From an uncultured delta proteobacterium (GTDB lineage Bacteria > Desulfobacterota > Desulfobaccia > Desulfobaccales > 0-14-0-80-60-11), in assembly GCA_963701845.1 (NCBI GenBank), contig CAVPBF010000004.1:571853-603852 (forward strand): a stretch of DNA of 32,000 nucleotides. Direction: 5' to 3'. Numbering within the stretch: the first letter of the stretch is position 1; the number at the start of each line of letters is the position of its first letter. Below the pieces are notes generated by a model, which worked only from the letters and a program-made list of their open reading frames with translations, was not told the origin of the DNA and made no database searches. This document shows, piece by piece, positions 18,581 through 27,814 of the stretch. Position numbers and translations under genes: made by a program.

Positions 18581-19619
18581 CCTGCCTTAGCGCAAAGATT
18601 CTTGAGAACTTCACGCCGATCTATGAACTGCCCTGTCTGTCTCTTTCCTTTTTGGTCCACATAGGAATGCCAGAAGACCCAAGGTTTGGTCTTATCCCGC
18701 TCCAAAAACCTGCGCGACAGGATATGGTAAATTTTCTGAGTCATGGGCACTTTCCTTGGAGTCAAGTGGCCACCTCGTTTCTTGCGGGTGCAGAGCACCA
18801 CATACCGCTGTTCGAGGTTGATGTCTTCCCAAACAAGGCGGTTAATTTCGCTGACCCCATGGTATCCCTCAAAAGCCAGAGATAATCCTGAACTTCTGGA
18901 TCAGCCGGAGCGATCAAATCGTCGATGTCCTCTGGTGATGGTACATAGTTAAGCCTCTTGGCCATGGGCAAGAAACTTAGACCGATTACGGGATTCTCGG
19001 TAAGCCACCCCTTCTTTTTCCCAAAATTAAAGGTGGCCTTGAGATAGCGAATCTCCTTATTTGCAGTAAAGACGGAAACGCTGCTCCTCTCCAAGATGAA
19101 ACACTCCACCATATCGCGGGAAATTTGGCTGCACGTAAGCCCTTTCCACTGCCTAATCCACCTCCGAGCCGATACTTGATAGGTCAGATAGTAACTTTCG
19201 GAGTTATAAGCCTCAACATGGTCTAATCTCCTATTTACCAGATCCAAGAAATCCATGTCGGTCGGGGTTGTCTCCGTCGGCCTCTCTGGTGGTGGGTTCA
19301 GTATCTCCTCCGGTTTTTGGATTTCGACCAGCTTGGCCTCTCTTTTGGTTTGGATATAAGGCCGTTTGGTTTCCATGCCCTTCGGCATGCCGGGGCTTCG
19401 CTGATGGATCACTGCAACATTCCGCTTGGGTCCATCCAGCGTATCCTGGGCCATGAGAACCGAACTACTACCGAAATCTATCTCCACTCCATTAACCGAT
19501 CTGAGTTCGAGGCGATGGCGGTTTATGAACAGGCCAGGGGAAAGTCACACTCAGGTCGGAAAATCCACACTCAGATTCATACTCAGCAAAAGGAAAAGGG
19601 CTTAAGCCCGATGACCTAA
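18500..19619 (+). pseudogene. Tyrosine integrase with inverted central segment and a frameshift
   Basis: On the + strand the N-terminus is MSIYFQKGRGWKHDFTLHGKRYTSRY (18500-18577). The + strand C-terminus is RPFGFHALRHAGASL...GHENRTTTEIYLHS (about 19356-19619). The middle (about 18585-19355) is only readable on the - strand (IQTKREAKLVE...ANKEIRYLKATFNF...LLRDTMG / SEINRLVWEDINLEQRYVVLCTRKKRGGHLTPRKVPM...LCAKAGV), with a frameshift near 18830. Confidence 0.75.
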
Positions 19620-19644
19620 ACCCCTTGTAACTACTTGAAATTAC

Positions 19645-19700
19645 TTGGTGCCGGAGGCCGGACTCGAACCGGCACAAGGTTGCCCTCGGGGGATTTTGAG
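19645..19700 (-). repeat. att-type direct repeat: 3' half of tRNA-Leu(CAA), copy 2
   Basis: Identical over 56 bp to 7760-7815. It lies 25 nt from the integrase stop. The flanking sequence has no tRNA 5' half. Confidence 0.9.
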
Positions 19701-19710
19701 CTCGTGGTGA

Positions 19711-19750
19711 GGGATAAATTAGGATAGTCAAGGATAGACAAAGATAGAGC
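19711..19750 (+). repeat. Four 10-bp-phased GGATAG-like repeats abutting the att core
   Basis: gggataaatt / aggatagtca / aggatagaca / aagatagagc, with exact 10-bp register. Confidence 0.6.
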
Positions 19751-19855
19751 AAATTAAATAAGTTAACATCATGCCTCCTCTTTCGTGATACCTGGGGAAA
19801 CTCAGGGAAAAGAGGGGTTATTTTTGGGGAGATGTTAATAATTGTTAGACAAGGG

Positions 19856-19891
19856 GCGCTGGTGGCCGAAAGGTTGCCGGCGCTTTTTTTT
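19856..19891 (+). terminator. Rho-independent terminator
   Basis: gcgctggtggcc-gaaa-ggttgccggcgc forms a 12-bp stem including G-U pairs with a GAAA loop, followed by a T8 run. Confidence 0.7.
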
Positions 19892-19960
19892 GGCCCTTTT
19901 AATTTTTTTCTTGCAAAGTCTATTAAGTATGATAGGCTATAGCGAAAGGAGGGTATTAAG

Positions 19961-20563
19961 GTGTTTAAAATTGGATACAAAGACATGCAGGCTATCACGG
20001 CGATTGACTATCAGGTGCTGGTGCGTGGAGCGGTCGCATATTTTAAGGAAGACCCCAACTCTCCTAAGGGGGCTGGAAAAGCCCGCAAGTTTGACCTGGA
20101 CGAGGGCTTCATAGTGATGCTCATGGGGTTTATGGCGTCTGACTTTAATGTCAAGTTGCCAGAGGCAAAATTTCTTGTTGCTCAAATCGAAAAGGAAATG
20201 GAGCGCCAGGGGATCATGCCCTCTCAAATCTTTGCGAATCCGGTTAAGGTGCCGCGTCTTATTGTGAGAATTCATCTTAGCAAGGGATCGGGAGTGGGTC
20301 CTCTCCAGGGGCGGGACGCCTATGAATGGCGGCGATACGAGAAGGATCCTCAGGAAACTGTCGTAGAGATACCCGCGTTTGATGCGCCTCCAGGCATCAT
20401 TGTTCCGACAAAGAGCATAGTCAAAGGGGATGAGGGGCCCTATGAGGCTTGGTGGGTTCCGGAAATCCGTTTTGGCCGGAAGGCGGCCGTGCCGCTCGAA
20501 ATCCCGATTTCGGACCTGCTTTCAACTTTTGGCCAGGTTGTGTTGCACGCTGCTTCTAAATAA
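19961..20563 (+). CDS. Hypothetical protein (first gene of island 2)
   Basis: GTG start with AAGGAGG upstream, 200 aa, no recognisable motif. Confidence 0.5.
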   Translation: MFKIGYKDMQAITAIDYQVLVRGAVAYFKEDPNSPKGAGKARKFDLDEGFIVMLMGFMASDFNVKLPEAKFLVAQIEKEMERQGIMPSQIFANPVKVPRLIVRIHLSKGSGVGPLQGRDAYEWRRYEKDPQETVVEIPAFDAPPGIIVPTKSIVKGDEGPYEAWWVPEIRFGRKAAVPLEIPISDLLSTFGQVVLHAASK

Positions 20564-20574
20564 TCGAGGCCTAA

Positions 20575-20832
20575 ATGGCACCTCCAGACCTTTCTCAGGT
20601 ATTGAAAGAACTCCGGGATCTCCGGAAGGAACTCCGGGCGCCGGCAAAGCGGCTGCTTACCGTCGATGAGACGGCGCATTACTTGGGCCTGGCGCCGAAG
20701 ACCGTGAGAAACTCCTTAGGCCCCAAGGCGGCGCGGGCTTTCCCGGTCAAGCCTGTGCGAGTGGCAGGACGGGTGCTATTTCGGCTGGAGGATCTCCAGA
20801 AGTACGTCGACTCCTTGGAGGCAGATGCATGA
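20575..20832 (+). CDS. AlpA/excisionase-type HTH DNA-binding protein
   Basis: LLTVDETAHYLGLAPKTVRNSL, small size, and a position directly upstream of the primase gene. Confidence 0.7.
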   Translation: MAPPDLSQVLKELRDLRKELRAPAKRLLTVDETAHYLGLAPKTVRNSLGPKAARAFPVKPVRVAGRVLFRLEDLQKYVDSLEADA

Positions 20833-20944
20833 AAGCCTTGCTAAAACTCCGGCTTCGCTTCTGGGAACTTTTCACCTATGGAAAATTCCGGTCATGGGCG
20901 AGCTTGGCCCTGGATCGGGCGGTGGTGGCCTTGGAGGCGATGGA

Positions 20945-23218
20945 ATGAACCTCGACAAAATCCCCGTGGATCTGCGCCAGCTAAATCAGTGGGTTATCTG
21001 GCGCTTGGAGGACCGTGATGGAAAGAAAACAAAAGTTCCATATCAGGCCTTAAACCCTCAAGAAATGGCCAGCAGCACCTCAAGAGCTACGTGGGCCAGC
21101 TTTGAACAGGCTATTGCAGCGGCAAAATGTAATGGAAGTTCGGGGATCGGCTTCGTGTTCACGGGGGAAGACCCGTATGTGGGGATCGATATTGATCATG
21201 CAATCGAAGCCGGCGAAATTCATCCCCAGGCGTTGGAAGTTATGCAAGACCTAAATTCTTTTGGAGAATTTTCCCAGAGCAAAACAGGAATTCATATTAT
21301 TGTTAAAGGCAAACTACCACCCGGACGCCGGCGTAAAGGCCATTTGGAAATGTATGATTGTGGCCGGTATTTCTGCATGACCGGGCACCACATAGAAATC
21401 ACCCCCCGCACCATTGAGTCTCGCCAAGCCGAATTGGAGGCCCTCCATGCCCGCGTTTTCGGAAAGGAAAAGAGAGAGGCAAAAACCTCCCCTCCAACCC
21501 TGGGTTTAAGTATGGCCGATTCGGAGATTATCACCAAAGCCAGGACAGCTAAAAATGGAAATAAATTTGACCGACTTATGCAGGGTGATACGAAGGATCA
21601 GAATGGCGATGATAGTGCGGCGGGTCTTGCCCTGTGTTCAATCTTGGCTTTTTGGACCCAAGACCCTCATCAGATCGACCGCATTGTCCGGGCAAGCGCC
21701 CTCTATCGGGATAAATGGGATCGTCAGGACTACCGAGATAGGACTATTAGCAAGGCCCTGGGCGGCGTAACCGAGACCTACCAAGGACCCCGGGGCGAAC
21801 CTCAGGCGAATCAGGCCCCATCCCTTCCGCCAGCGTCAGAAGCCCCGAAGCCTGAAAAAAGGGAAGAGTCCTCAAAGCGGATTATGGGCGTTCCCGATTA
21901 TGGGCTGACCGATCAGGGCAACTCCTACCGCCTCAAGGACCAATGGGGCAAAGAAGTAAGGTGGTGCGATCCGTGGGGGAAGTTTCTTTGCTGGGATGGA
22001 AATCGCTGGGCTATAGATCAGATTCGAAAAATTGAGGTCATGGCCATCGAAACCGTCAAGAGCATCTACTCGGAAGCCTCGCAAATTCGAGACAAGGATG
22101 TCCGGAAGGCCACGGCGGATCATGCCAAGCGCAGCGAAGCCGATAACAAACGGAAGGCGATGCTCTCCAGCGTCAAATGTCTTCTGCCCATTCGCCCGGA
22201 AGAACTCGACCGCAACCCCTATTTGTTCAATGTCTTAAGCGGAGTGATCGACCTCCAGACCGGCGAACTCCGGCCGCATTCCCCAGGAGACTATATTACC
22301 AAGCTGGCGCCGGTCCATTTTGATCCGAAAGCAAAATGCCCTATATGGTGGAGTTTCCTTTCCAAAATTCTCCCGGGGCCAGCCATAGAGTATTTGCAAA
22401 AAGCCATCGGGTACTCTGCAACCGGGGCCACCATAGAGCAAGTTTTTTTTCTGCTCTTCGGCGCCGGCGACAACGGCAAGACGGTTTTCCTCGAGACCAT
22501 CGGCGGCATCCTGGGAGACTATGCCAAGGAAACGGACCCCGAAACCTTCATGGCCAAGAAACACGGCGGGGGCATACCAAACGACCTGGCAGCACTCCGC
22601 GGCGCCCGGTTTGTGAAATCCGTAGAAACTTCAGGCGGCCGACGCATGTCCGAAGTCCGCATTAAGCAGATGACCGGCGGCGACACCTTGACCGCCCGCT
22701 TCCTGCATGCCGAATGGTTTGAGTTTCGGCCGGAGTTTAAGTTATGGCTGGCCACCAACCACAAGCCGGTGATTAAGGATTCGACCCATAGCATGTGGCG
22801 CCGGGTGCGCCTCATTCCTTTCGAGGTTCAAATCCCTAAGGAACAGCAGGATAAGCAACTGACCGAAAAGTTGAGAGACGAATATCCGGGCATTCTTAAT
22901 TGGATCATCGAAGGCGCCCTACTGTGGCAGCACGAAGGTCTGAAACCCCCCGACACCATCCAAGAGGCAACCCAGAGCTACCGGGATGAAATGGACGACC
23001 TGGCCGACTTCCTGAGCGAATGTTGCACCCTGGCACCGGACGATAGAGCCACAGCGACAGAGGTGTTTAATGCTTACCAGGAGTGGGCGAAAGCGGCAGG
23101 GGAAAAGAAACCGATGAGCAAGAGAGGCTTGGGCGTGGCCCTGGGGGAGCGGGGATTTCAAAAAGGTAGAAGCGGAAGCATGAGATTTTGGCAGGGCATC
23201 GGGATTAATGGGGAATGA
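20945..23218 (+). CDS. Prim-Pol / D5-N / P4-family primase-helicase
   Basis: QWVIWRLE...KVPYQ...GIGFVFTGEDPYVGIDIDH (Prim-Pol), DDSAAGLALCSILAFW (PriCT-like) and Walker A LLFGAGDNGKT. The ORF is open from 20825, but a GGAGG lies 7 nt upstream of the ATG at 20945. Confidence 0.85.
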   Translation: MNLDKIPVDLRQLNQWVIWRLEDRDGKKTKVPYQALNPQEMASSTSRATWASFEQAIAAAKCNGSSGIGFVFTGEDPYVGIDIDHAIEAGEIHPQALEVMQDLNSFGEFSQSKTGIHIIVKGKLPPGRRRKGHLEMYDCGRYFCMTGHHIEITPRTIESRQAELEALHARVFGKEKREAKTSPPTLGLSMADSEIITKARTAKNGNKFDRLMQGDTKDQNGDDSAAGLALCSILAFWTQDPHQIDRIVRASALYRDKWDRQDYRDRTISKALGGVTETYQGPRGEPQANQAPSLPPASEAPKPEKREESSKRIMGVPDYGLTDQGNSYRLKDQWGKEVRWCDPWGKFLCWDGNRWAIDQIRKIEVMAIETVKSIYSEASQIRDKDVRKATADHAKRSEADNKRKAMLSSVKCLLPIRPEELDRNPYLFNVLSGVIDLQTGELRPHSPGDYITKLAPVHFDPKAKCPIWWSFLSKILPGPAIEYLQKAIGYSATGATIEQVFFLLFGAGDNGKTVFLETIGGILGDYAKETDPETFMAKKHGGGIPNDLAALRGARFVKSVETSGGRRMSEVRIKQMTGGDTLTARFLHAEWFEFRPEFKLWLATNHKPVIKDSTHSMWRRVRLIPFEVQIPKEQQDKQLTEKLRDEYPGILNWIIEGALLWQHEGLKPPDTIQEATQSYRDEMDDLADFLSECCTLAPDDRATATEVFNAYQEWAKAAGEKKPMSKRGLGVALGERGFQKGRSGSMRFWQGIGINGE

Positions 23219-23326
23219 CGCATGACGCATTGTGACGCAATTTTCGCTATTTCTTACATGAGGCTTAAATTTCTTAGAGAAAACAGGGAAAATGGCCTTT
23301 TATGCGTCATTGGGTGCGATACGTCA
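23216..23326. repeat. TGACGCA repeat cluster (iteron/operator-like)
   Basis: TGACGCA occurs at 23216, 23223 and 23233. Inverted tgcgtca is at 23303-23309 and acgtca at 23321-23326. Confidence 0.6.
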
Positions 23327-23521
23327 TTCCTTCATGTCTGTGACCATAAGCTTTGTGTCTATGACCCTAAGTATCTGTTTTCTCCGGGATTATGGCGATA
23401 ACTAAATTATTATTAAATAGTAATCATTCCTGATATTTGAACCTGGGAAAAACAGAGAAATCGAAGGTTGAACCAAAGGCAAGTGTTAACAAGTAGTTAG
23501 TCAAGGCCGGGAGAGTGAGTA

Positions 23522-24025
23522 ATGGCGGGTTCTAAAAAAGTCACAGGGGATACACCATCCGCAAAGCGGCGGGGTCCGAAACCCAAGCCCGAGGAAAAGA
23601 AGCTGGCCCCGGTCCGCCACGGCCTTTACTGCGATCCGAATAAGGTAAAGGTCGACGGCCGTTCATTCTTTGGCCAGTTGAAACGGAAGATTAAAGGTCA
23701 CTTCCTGGAGTGTTTCAAAGGCAATCCCTCTGCCTTGGTACAGACCCTGGCGGATGGCACGGCAGCAAACCTGATCATGGCGAAGGCATTTCAGGCCGCA
23801 TTTCTGAGGGGTGATAAGTTGCCCCCCAGCATCCTGAGGGACTATGTGGCACTTTGGAACAGTATAAGCCGTGATATTGCCACGCTGTCTGTGATGGCCA
23901 AGGAGAGCGGGAACGGCGATAAGGTTCCATCGTTGCCGGAATACCTCGAGGAACTGAAGAGCGGCATGCAGGTAGTGGCAGACCCCAGTCCAGCCCCGGC
24001 GCCGGAGAAGAAGAGGCTATTTTGA
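23522..24025 (+). CDS. Hypothetical basic N-terminus protein
   Basis: 167 aa with a KRRGPKPKPEEKK N-terminus and a plausible RBS. Function not recognised. Confidence 0.5.
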   Translation: MAGSKKVTGDTPSAKRRGPKPKPEEKKLAPVRHGLYCDPNKVKVDGRSFFGQLKRKIKGHFLECFKGNPSALVQTLADGTAANLIMAKAFQAAFLRGDKLPPSILRDYVALWNSISRDIATLSVMAKESGNGDKVPSLPEYLEELKSGMQVVADPSPAPAPEKKRLF

Positions 24026-24495
24026 AGATCTTAATCGACAAGCGGGAGCAGATGCCATATTTCTTCCGGGGTTTTGAGGGCGTGATCCCGGAGATCACCC
24101 TGTTGCATTGTGGGGACTACTCTTTGCCAGGGTTTGAGGACAAAATAGCCATCGAGAGGAAGGCGCTTCCGGATTTAATCGCTTGTTTAATGGGCGACAA
24201 CAGGATCAGATTTGAGAAGGAACTTGCCAGAGCCAGGCATTTTGAATACTTCGCAGTCGTGATTGAGGCGAGCCTTGCCGACGTCTCCAAGGGTTACTAT
24301 CGCAGTGAAATGAAGCCACAGGCGGCGCTCCAGAGCATCCTAACTTTTGGGATACGTTACCCCCACGCGCATTTCATTTGGTGCGGCAGCCGACTTGCCG
24401 GTGAGTACGTCGTCCATGGCCTGCTCAGCAAATTCTTGCGGGAGATCGGCGAGCGGTATAAGGCGGCCACAAAACGCCAGGCGGACGCAGCGTAA
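24022..24495 (+). CDS. ERCC4-type (XPF/Mus81-like) nuclease domain protein
   Basis: ILIDKREQ...HCGDYSL...IAIERKALPDLIACL follows the D..GDY..ERK pattern. Confidence 0.7.
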   Translation: MKILIDKREQMPYFFRGFEGVIPEITLLHCGDYSLPGFEDKIAIERKALPDLIACLMGDNRIRFEKELARARHFEYFAVVIEASLADVSKGYYRSEMKPQAALQSILTFGIRYPHAHFIWCGSRLAGEYVVHGLLSKFLREIGERYKAATKRQADAA

Positions 24496-24683
24496 TGACA
24501 CGCCCGGACCCCGAACCTGTGCAACTTCAATTCCTCTTTGGGGTTGGCGAGATTGCGGCCTTCCTGCGGTTACCAGAGGCCAAGGTGGAGCGGATGATTG
24601 AGGCCGGCGAACTCCCGGTCAAGAAAGACGGCTTGGGGCGGTTGGTACTGAATACCTTTGATTTTCGGGGAAAATATGAATAA
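24495..24683 (+). CDS. Small excisionase-family HTH protein
   Basis: LFGVGEIAAFLRLPEAKVERMIEAGELPVKKDG, 62 aa. Confidence 0.55.
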   Translation: MTRPDPEPVQLQFLFGVGEIAAFLRLPEAKVERMIEAGELPVKKDGLGRLVLNTFDFRGKYE

Positions 24684-25029
24684 ATATCACTCGGTAATGA
24701 TTACTATTGGCGAGCAAGAATACCGGGCCAGCTTGTGCGGCCGGGACGTTATGAAACTCATTCCTGTGCTCAGTAAATTTAAGAACTATAGAGGCACCCT
24801 CATCGCGGACCTGCCCGTCGAGTTGCAGCGCCTTGACCAAAAAGTGATCCTGGCCGCTCTGCGAAGATATCATCCCGCGGTCACCGTGGGTCAGTTGGAA
24901 GAACTGGATTTTGCTGCCCTCGATGGGATCGCCGTCGAAGTTTTGAAGATGATCAGCGCCCTCAGTCGGGATGGAAAGAAACGCCATTCTAAGCGCATTC
25001 TTGAAGGGGCGCCGAGAGGCTCAGCTTAA
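24676..25029 (+). CDS. Hypothetical protein; position suggests tail assembly chaperone
   Basis: Lies immediately upstream of the tape-measure-like gene. The ATG at 24676 is preceded by GGGGA. The functional assignment rests on position only. Confidence 0.4.
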   Translation: MNKYHSVMITIGEQEYRASLCGRDVMKLIPVLSKFKNYRGTLIADLPVELQRLDQKVILAALRRYHPAVTVGQLEELDFAALDGIAVEVLKMISALSRDGKKRHSKRILEGAPRGSA

Positions 25030-25040
25030 AGGAGAACCCA

Positions 25041-27707
25041 ATGGCAGACCAGGACCAGATTTCAGGGAAAGTTCAAATCGACATTTCGGAGGCGCAGCAG
25101 GCGCTTTCTCAAATCGCTGCGACCTTGCAGCAGACCCAGCAAACCATGGCCGACGGCTTCAAGGGTATGCAGCGCCAGTCCTCCCAGAGCACCCAGCAGA
25201 TCAAGCAGGACTTCGACAAAATGGGCACCGGGGTGGTCGGGGCCATCAAGGACATGCATACCCAGGTCTCTTCGGCCTTCACCTCGCTCAGTTCCACCAT
25301 TACCAAGATTGGCGAGATTGCTATGGGCGTTGGGGCGATCCTGGCCGGCGGCGCGATGTTTAAGGGCGTGGTGGACAAATATGTCGATATGAACTTGCAG
25401 GCCAAGCAACTGAGCGTGGTCATGGGGATAAATGTCTCGGATGCCCAGGCCCTGATCCAATCTTTCGGGCGAGTGGGGGTAGGCGGCGACACCGTGACCA
25501 GCGCCCTTACCCGGATGACCCGGCAACTCAAGACCAATGAGGAGGCCTTTAACGACAACGGGGTCAAGACCCGGGATGCCGGCGGCAGCCTGCTCTCCAT
25601 GAACGATATTCTATTCAACTCCATTGATGCCCTGAAGGGCATGGAGGCCGGGACTGAGCGGAACCTACTGGCCACTACCATCTTCGGCCGGGCCGTCGGG
25701 AACATGCCGGGGTTCCTGCGGATGACCTCGGCCACGGTCGATGAGATGCGCGAGCACCTGGCCAGCCTGGGGATCGCCATTACCGATGTTTCAGTGGCCA
25801 AGGCCCAGCAGTTTCAAATGGGAATGCATGATGTTGAGCTCACCTTCGATGCCATCAAATACAAGATCGGCGAGGCGGTGATTCCGGCCCTGATCAATAT
25901 GTCTAAGGCCTTCGCGGCGGCCGGTCCTGACATTGCCAAATTCGCCGCGGATGCTATCAATTTCTTTGCCTCCATGGTTCGAGGTGCACAAGACCTGCTG
26001 ATGGAGGCGACGGTCGCCGCCAGCAATATCCGGGATGCCTTTCAAGGCACCTGGGAGGCCGTTAGCGCCGGGGCCGCGGCCGTCAAGCAGCGCCTGATGG
26101 AAACCTGTGGGACCGACGTGGTGGGGGCTTTCGCCGCGGGCATGGCCGCCATGAAAGGCTCTCTTCAGGATTGGAAAGAACAGGCCATCCGGGATTCCAA
26201 CGAGGTGCGCTTTGCCATCATGAGCGCCCAACCGGCCATTAAAGGACCTGGCGGCGGCGGCGATCCCTTTGCAAATGCCATGGCGGCCGCCGGGCAGAAG
26301 AGTCAACAGAATGCGGCAGCCGAAACTCCCAGCGGCGGCAATAAGTTTGTGGCCAAGGATGACACCGGCAAAGGCGGCGGCGGGGGTTCGACCCTCCTTC
26401 AGCAGTGGAAAGAGGAACTGGAGAAGATCAAGACCGAAGAGAACGCCTACCTGGACTTCTCCAAGCAGCGGGAAAAGGAGTTCTGGCAGAGCAAGTTGGA
26501 AACCTGCCGGCAGGGCTCCAAGGAATACAGCGCGGTCAATCATGAGATTTTCACCCTCCAGCGGGCCATCGACAAGGACGACGCCGACGCTCACCTGGCC
26601 TCCCTGCATAGCCAGATCGCTTCGGAACGGACGAACTGGGACCAGAAACGCGCCCTGATGGACCAGGCGGTCAGTTACGCCGCGACTAAATACGGGGCCG
26701 ACAGCAAGACCTATAAGGGCGAACTGGACAAGAAACAGGCCTTGGACGTGGCCTACAACAAGTATCAGCAGGACCTCGCGGCCAAGCAGATTGACGACAA
26801 GGCGAAGCTGGCACAGATGGACCTGGCCCGGCAGGAGCAGGAGGTCAAGTTTGAAGAGAGCATGGGCCAGATTTCGGCATCTGCGGCCCTGGCCCGACTA
26901 AGGGCCTTGAAGCAGCAGGAATTGGAGATCGAGCGGCAGGCACTCGTCCAGAAGCAGGCAATTTACAAAGACGATGAGAAACAGCAGGAACTTCTGGCCC
27001 AGCAACTGGCGACTTTCAAGCAAAAGAAATTGACTGAGGAAGATAAGGCCCTCCAGCAGTCGGCCTTAAAAAATAAGCAGACCATTCAGAACTTCATGGC
27101 TCCTATCGAGAGCGCCATCCAAGGGTCCATTATGGGCATCATTCAAGGAACCCAGACCCTAAAGAAGGCGATCCAGAACCTCACGACCTCCGTCCTTTCG
27201 TCTTTTGTCGGCATGTTTGCGAAAATAGCTGAGGAGTGGGTGGCTAGTAAGGTGGCGATGTTGCTTTCCGATCAAGACACAACTCAACAACAGATAAAAG
27301 CCCAGGGCGGCGTCGCTTACATGGAAAACCTGGTGGCCCTTATTCCTACGGTGGGGCCATATGCCGCGCCTGTGGCCGCCGGCGCTTTAACCACCGCGGA
27401 ACTGGCTTTAGCTACGGGTTTGAGTTCGGCCGCCGGCGGTTGGGACGTGCCGGCCGACAGCCTGGCCTTGATCCATCGCAAGGAAATGGTGCTACCGGCC
27501 AGCTTGGCCGAAAATGTCAGGGCCATGACTTCGGCGCCTGGTGGAGGGCAAGGCGGCAGCACGATACACGCCCCCATTAGCGTCACAATAAACCCGACCC
27601 AAGCAATGACCCAGGCCGATTACAACAACCATGCCAGGATGATTGTCAAGGCCCTTAACAAGGAGATTGGACGGCGTGGTCAAAGCCTCGGAGACGGCAG
27701 ATATTAA
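25041..27707 (+). CDS. Phage tail tape-measure-like protein
   Basis: 888 aa. The N-terminal region (LSVVMGINVSDAQALIQSFGRVG...TSALTRMTRQL...FNDNGVKTRDAGGSLLSMNDILF...TTIFGRA) resembles the TMP core. It also has Gly-rich linkers, a long coiled-coil and a C-terminal LIHRKEMVLPA. Confidence 0.7.
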   Translation: MADQDQISGKVQIDISEAQQALSQIAATLQQTQQTMADGFKGMQRQSSQSTQQIKQDFDKMGTGVVGAIKDMHTQVSSAFTSLSSTITKIGEIAMGVGAILAGGAMFKGVVDKYVDMNLQAKQLSVVMGINVSDAQALIQSFGRVGVGGDTVTSALTRMTRQLKTNEEAFNDNGVKTRDAGGSLLSMNDILFNSIDALKGMEAGTERNLLATTIFGRAVGNMPGFLRMTSATVDEMREHLASLGIAITDVSVAKAQQFQMGMHDVELTFDAIKYKIGEAVIPALINMSKAFAAAGPDIAKFAADAINFFASMVRGAQDLLMEATVAASNIRDAFQGTWEAVSAGAAAVKQRLMETCGTDVVGAFAAGMAAMKGSLQDWKEQAIRDSNEVRFAIMSAQPAIKGPGGGGDPFANAMAAAGQKSQQNAAAETPSGGNKFVAKDDTGKGGGGGSTLLQQWKEELEKIKTEENAYLDFSKQREKEFWQSKLETCRQGSKEYSAVNHEIFTLQRAIDKDDADAHLASLHSQIASERTNWDQKRALMDQAVSYAATKYGADSKTYKGELDKKQALDVAYNKYQQDLAAKQIDDKAKLAQMDLARQEQEVKFEESMGQISASAALARLRALKQQELEIERQALVQKQAIYKDDEKQQELLAQQLATFKQKKLTEEDKALQQSALKNKQTIQNFMAPIESAIQGSIMGIIQGTQTLKKAIQNLTTSVLSSFVGMFAKIAEEWVASKVAMLLSDQDTTQQQIKAQGGVAYMENLVALIPTVGPYAAPVAAGALTTAELALATGLSSAAGGWDVPADSLALIHRKEMVLPASLAENVRAMTSAPGGGQGGSTIHAPISVTINPTQAMTQADYNNHARMIVKALNKEIGRRGQSLGDGRY

Positions 27708-27814
27708 CCACGCCTCACGGCGTCAACCCCGGCGCAAGCCTGTGGGGGAGACCGGCCGCGGGGATTAACCATAGCAGGAAAAGTCAAAAATCGCAGCACA
27801 TAAAGGAGAATGTC

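Noticed and set aside
19711-19750. CRISPR-like array
   Set aside because: The units are only 10 bp with no spacers. No CRISPR repeats were seen anywhere else in the window.
19492-19998. 168-aa minus-strand ORF
   Set aside because: It reads through the att repeat, giving the same NPPRATLCRFESGLRH peptide as at 7.8 kb, and through intergenic repeats. It is not a gene.
25062-26609. Long minus-strand ORFs (154, 230 and 272 aa) inside the tape-measure gene
   Set aside because: They are antisense shadows of an 888-aa gene with clear TMP-like features. They have no motifs or RBS.
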